From Camelus dromedarius (Eukaryota): a stretch of DNA of 64,000 bases. Positions within the stretch are counted from its first letter, which is position 1; every line of letters begins with the position of its first letter. The notes beneath the pieces are model-generated. The model saw nothing but the letters and a program-made list of their open reading frames with translations. It made no database searches and was not told the origin of the DNA. Below, in pieces: positions 59,601 to 64,000 of this stretch. Made by a program: the position numbers and the translations under genes. The stretch covers positions 10,914,001 through 10,978,000 of the forward strand of contig NC_087438.1 in assembly GCF_036321535.1 (NCBI RefSeq), given 5' to 3'.

Positions 59601-59644
59601 AGAAGCCCAATTTTTGAGACCTTATTTTCTTTTCACTGGCATTA

Positions 59645-60066
59645 TGTCAGACACTCTGTGTTGAGACTCAGTACCCTCCCTGCGTTCTAAGCACCTTTCC
59701 GTATTGCAGGGGTAGAAAACCCAGTCTTCCTTGTCAGCAGGGTTCCATTTCGACTCTGCCATTTAGAGGTTCTTAGTGAGATTTGGGAGTTGGGAGATAA
59801 GGAGTGTCTACGTTCCAGTGACAGATGTCGAAAGAACATTGCAAACGGCTTCTTGGTGACCTCTAAGAATCGCCTAATGCCATGCTGCCGACACCTGAGC
59901 TCATGCAATGCCTGCTTTCTGGGATGCCAGCACTCTGATCTCCTCTTGCTTATAGCAGCTTCCCTGATTTTCACTCCTCCAGCCTTTCTGATGACTGTGT
60001 AAGCCTCTAATGCCTACACATATTCAACAGTGGTTTCCAATTTCCTGACTGAAGCTCTTGGACACA
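59645..60066 (+). mobile_element. LTR33-like 5' LTR of ERVL provirus
   Basis: ttgtcagcagggttcc...tctgccatttagagg...gagatttgggag...cctccagcct...agtggtttccaatttcctgactg...gacaCA, directly followed by ERVL internal sequence. Confidence 0.75.
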
Positions 60067-63000
60067 GAATTTGATACCAAAGTTTGATGCAGACACTGAA
60101 CCTCATACATGGGAATCTGGAACTGGTTATCTGACTGGGTTAGATTTGAAGGCAGTGATGATCTTATTGCCAATGAAAACTGTGCTGTTGGTAGTTCACA
60201 GCATACAGAGACAAAAAAATTTGCTTAAAGTAACATCTGAAGACACTTGTAACTGCATGACTATTGAAAGGAAGGATGTCAGAAGACCAAGTGTCTCTTC
60301 CAATACAATGTTATAGTGGAAATGATAGTTATACAGACTTTGGGATGATTTGATTACTTCTTATTGCAATGGAGAGCTTTGAGTTAGATAATGATAAGTT
60401 TATGGTTCAGAGAAGCAGAAAGCTTCAGTAACTTTCCTGAAGACATTTCTTAGCTCTTACAGTCATAGGATCAAGGTGTCCAAAAACCAGACTCAAGATT
60501 TGATCCTATGGGTCATAGAACTTAAAACAATTGATTTCACAGTTTCATCAGGTCTCAGGGGGAAATTAGGGATTAGGTAAGAGTGGAATTCTGAGAACTG
60601 GAATGGTAATTTTGTATGGATTCTAATGACTGAGTATTTTGATCCCCTGTTATCACTGAGCCTCCCTCTCTAAAAACAGTGGCTACTCCTGAGCTGCTTC
60701 CTCACTCATTCTTCCCCTTGCTTGGTGATCCTACAATGACTTCCTCTCAAACGACTGTGCACAAAGAGATGTATTTCTCCTCACAGCCCACTCCCAATGT
60801 CTGTCCTTGTCCCCAGCCCATAATTAGAGCCCAATGGCAAGGATTTGAATACAAATTCAGACCCAACAAGAGATAGAATACTCACCAAAAGAATTATAAT
60901 ATCTTCACTAATTTGTATTAAGGGAAATTCAGGGAATATGTATGAAGAATGGATTCAAAGCAATTAAGATCAGGGAATAATAAACATAACATTGAAATAG
61001 GTCAGATTTATTGATATCCTTGCACACACAAGAGTTTCTGGGTTTAATACATGGTTCAGATAGCTGGGGATGATTCTTACAGTTTCATTGATTGGTTATT
61101 TGAAAGCTAGACTCAGAGTTGTCCTACACTAAATGAAGCTGAGATATCAGAACTTCCTCGACATAATGAAGAGAAAGGAATCAAAAGACTCGAGACAGGG
61201 ATGATGGAATGAAATTTTCATGAGCAATCGATTCATTAGCTCCCCTACCATGTGTCCCATGAGGATCCGGATAATAATTGTCTCCTCAAGACTGTGAAAA
61301 AAATGTATGAAGGAGAAGAACAAAACATCTTTGAGGTTTTTTAGTGACTGCTTTCTACAAGTCAGGGATGGTGGTGGGAGATACTACCAAGGAAATGGCA
61401 CCATACTTAAAAAAGAATAAGGACATCCCAGGTAGCAGAAGCTACTGGCTACACTCAAGCATTAGAACCGAAATAGGCTGCAAAGTTGGGGTGGTAACTA
61501 GAATGATTTGATTTGCAAAATTTTTGGCAGTAGCTAATTGATGATGGTGACTGTGAGGCTGAAAAACAAAAAGGGAAATCTGCTAAAGTATTACTTAAAA
61601 TATGCAATCCAATGAAGGCTAAGTCTTGATTCAACACAATAGAAAGTGGTGCCTCACCCCCTACCTCCACTCAATTCTCAAACCTGAATCAATTCAAGGA
61701 CCAGGAGTATCTTGATTAAAGGAAAGCCATGTTCTCTAGAGAGAAGACCCTGCGATACTGCCACAGACATTTGTGGTAAATCTGCATTCTAGCCTTCCTC
61801 ATAAGACATTTGACTTTTTAACATAGTGATTGTGCACTGGAAAAAATGGAATTATCTGGACATTTGGAGATTTATTGAACAGCTGCCCTGAGATGAAATG
61901 GGAAACTGAAATTCAACTCATTCCACCAATCAGAGAGGAGACTTATGGAGGTCCCAGCAGAACTGCAAAACCACAAAGGTCATTTTTCCTGTTCCTGAAT
62001 ATATACTTGATTTAGACACAGTTAGCAACTGACAGAATTCCCTCATGGAAACAGTGGAGGAAAGTGACAATTGGAAGCATTACAACCACTATCAAAAATT
62101 GGGCAAAAGTCAACAACACTCCCCTGGGAAGATGGCAGAGATTAATATCACCATCAAAACACTGAAGGATGCTGGGGAGTTTAGTCTTACTACTTCCCTC
62201 ATTTTATTTCCCTCATTAGCCTATGGAAAAGATAGATCTTGGACAGTAAATGGATTACTATAAATGGAAGCTGATATTCATTCTAACCATAGCAACTTCT
62301 GGAACCTGATATTCAACTACTGATCTAGAAATGTCTTTTTATGTATACTAACTCATAAAAGAAAATTAGAGGCAATTTGCTTTCACCTTATAGGAACAGT
62401 AGTACATTTTAACTGATCTGTCTCAGAGTTATGTCAATTTTCTGGTTATCTGTCATAATCCAATGCACAAAATCATTGTGTCATGGTCCCATGAAACATT
62501 AAGGTTGTCCACTCTGTTGATGATAAAATCTGATGAGCAGGATGTAGACAATACCCTCTATGCCTTGCTGAGACACATACATGACAGATGGTGAGGCATA
62601 ACTCCATTAAAATTCAGTGACCTGCCACCTCATTGAGTTTTTTAGTGGCATAGTGGTCTGGTCTGGTTGAGATATCATATTTAATGTGAAAGACAAGTTG
62701 CTGAACCTTTTGCTCTATATCCCTAAGAAAGAAAGAAAATGCTTGTGAGTTACTTTAGATTTTGGAGGCAATCTATGCTGTATTTGATGGCTCTTCTCTG
62801 ATGCATTTACTAAGCACTCCTCAAGGATGCCAGCTTGTCCGGCCACTCTGCCTACTGCAGCTTAGGACCCATAGATCCGGTGGAGCTTAAGTATGATGTG
62901 AAAAGGAACGCAATATGGAGTGACTGGCATACTCCCATGAGAGATTCACTGTGAAGACCTCTAGGATTTTAGAGCAAAGTCATACCCTCTTTTGCACAGA

Positions 63001-64000
63001 ACTTTCTCTCTTTCAGAAACAACTCTTGTTTTGCTACTGGTGCCTTGTAGGGATTAAGTGCCTGATCACAGGAGCACTTCATGATCACATGACTATGAAA
63101 TGCTATATCTTGATATATTACCAAACGCACAGAATGATGGCCAGTAGGGAAGCACTCTTCTTCAACTGGGAGTGACATACATTTAAGAACAGCCCTAAGT
63201 AGGTTCTGTAGGCTAAAAGATTTAATGTGCTGATAACTCAGATACTCACGAAACCATCCCTAATGTGTTGCTGCCTCTTCCTCAAATCACACTGTATCCT
63301 CATGGGGAGTCTTCTCTAAGCAGTTGACTGAGGAATACAATCATTGCTCTTGGTTTAAGTTGGTTCCACAAGACATGTAGGCACTGGTCAGATTTGGACT
63401 GTTGCAGCTTCATAGCTCCCTCAGGGGATGCCCTGAAGAGTAGAAGGGAAGAGAAATATTCTCAATGGAAAGAACTCTAAGCATCTTACTTTTCATTGTG
63501 CCCAAGAGGAGAGTGGCCAGAGATAAAGATCTATACTAATTCACAGGTAATATCTAATAACTTGGCCAGTTGGTCAAGGCTTTAGAATAAATTATTCTAG
63601 TGGATAGGTGACAACGACGAATAAGAATGGAGCTCTCATAATGCACAGAAAGTATGAAAATATTTGTTTTCCATGAGAATGCTAATCAAAAATTACTCAC
63701 TATGGGTGCCGGTCAGGATCTTTGCTCAGCCACCTCAGTACTTGCTCTATGGGCTCATGAGCTAAACAGTCATGGCAATAAGATTGAGGTTATGACTGGG
63801 ATCAAAAACATGGGCTTCCTGTATCCAAGGAAGATCTGGCCATGATCGTTACTGAGTGTCCACTCTGCCTACAGCGGAGATCAACACTGGACCTCTGATA
63901 TTGTACCATTTTCCAAAACAGCTCCCATCTGATACCAGGTTGATTACACTGGAACTCTTTTATCATGGAGTAGGTAGCGATGTGTCCTCACTGGAATAGA
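60067..64000 (+). mobile_element. Degenerate ERVL (class III) internal region gag-pro-pol, truncated by the window edge
   Basis: Degenerate PBS tgataccaaagt 60072. RT N-term PGKMAEINITIKTLKDAG (ORF 62045-62263; cf. ERVL PGGIAEISATIKDLKDAG). RT motif VHSVDD 62507-62524 (cf. VHYIDD). RNase H KIFVFHENANQ and integrase WAHELNSHG (ORF 63654-63845). CPLC 63857 and QVDYTGTL 63936 (cf. WQVDYIGPL). Many stops and frameshifts. Confidence 0.92.

Noticed and set aside
1..64000. tRNA, rRNA, snRNA, 7SL genes, CpG-island promoter, or prokaryotic/phage systems
   Set aside because: No such sequence recognised by eye. CpG is depleted throughout and the repeat content is unambiguously eutherian. Infernal/tRNAscan-SE would be the definitive test.

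Overview
This is placental-mammal non-coding DNA: AT-rich, CpG-depleted, with no CpG island and no recognisable protein-coding exon, tRNA, rRNA or snRNA. Much of it is fossil transposon sequence: L1 (old L1M* plus about a dozen cetartiodactyl-type 3' ends), L2, MIR, MaLR/ERVL/ERV1 LTRs, and hAT and Tigger MITEs. A degenerate ERVL provirus (LTR, PBS, gag, pol) runs off the right edge. The youngest L1 3' ends, and the absence of Alu, B1, Can-SINE, Bov-A/BovB, CHR and PRE-1, suggest a camelid (inference). The ORFs I could assign in the supplied track are L1/ERVL remnants, antisense repeat readthrough or low-complexity sequence; the rest look like chance ORFs. I found no convincing new biological system. 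The best leads are: a double retrotransposition into one target site with three TSD copies (44.7-45.1 kb); a GC-rich hairpin / dual G-quadruplex with an NF-kB site at its apex (12.5 kb); several dense TF-motif clusters in unique sequence, notably a lymphoid-type one at 49.1-49.5 kb; and a speculative + strand exon chain (19.2-27.8 kb) that splices in frame. Repeat family names come from my recall of consensus sequences, and boundaries are approximate. Both need RepeatMasker/Dfam confirmation.
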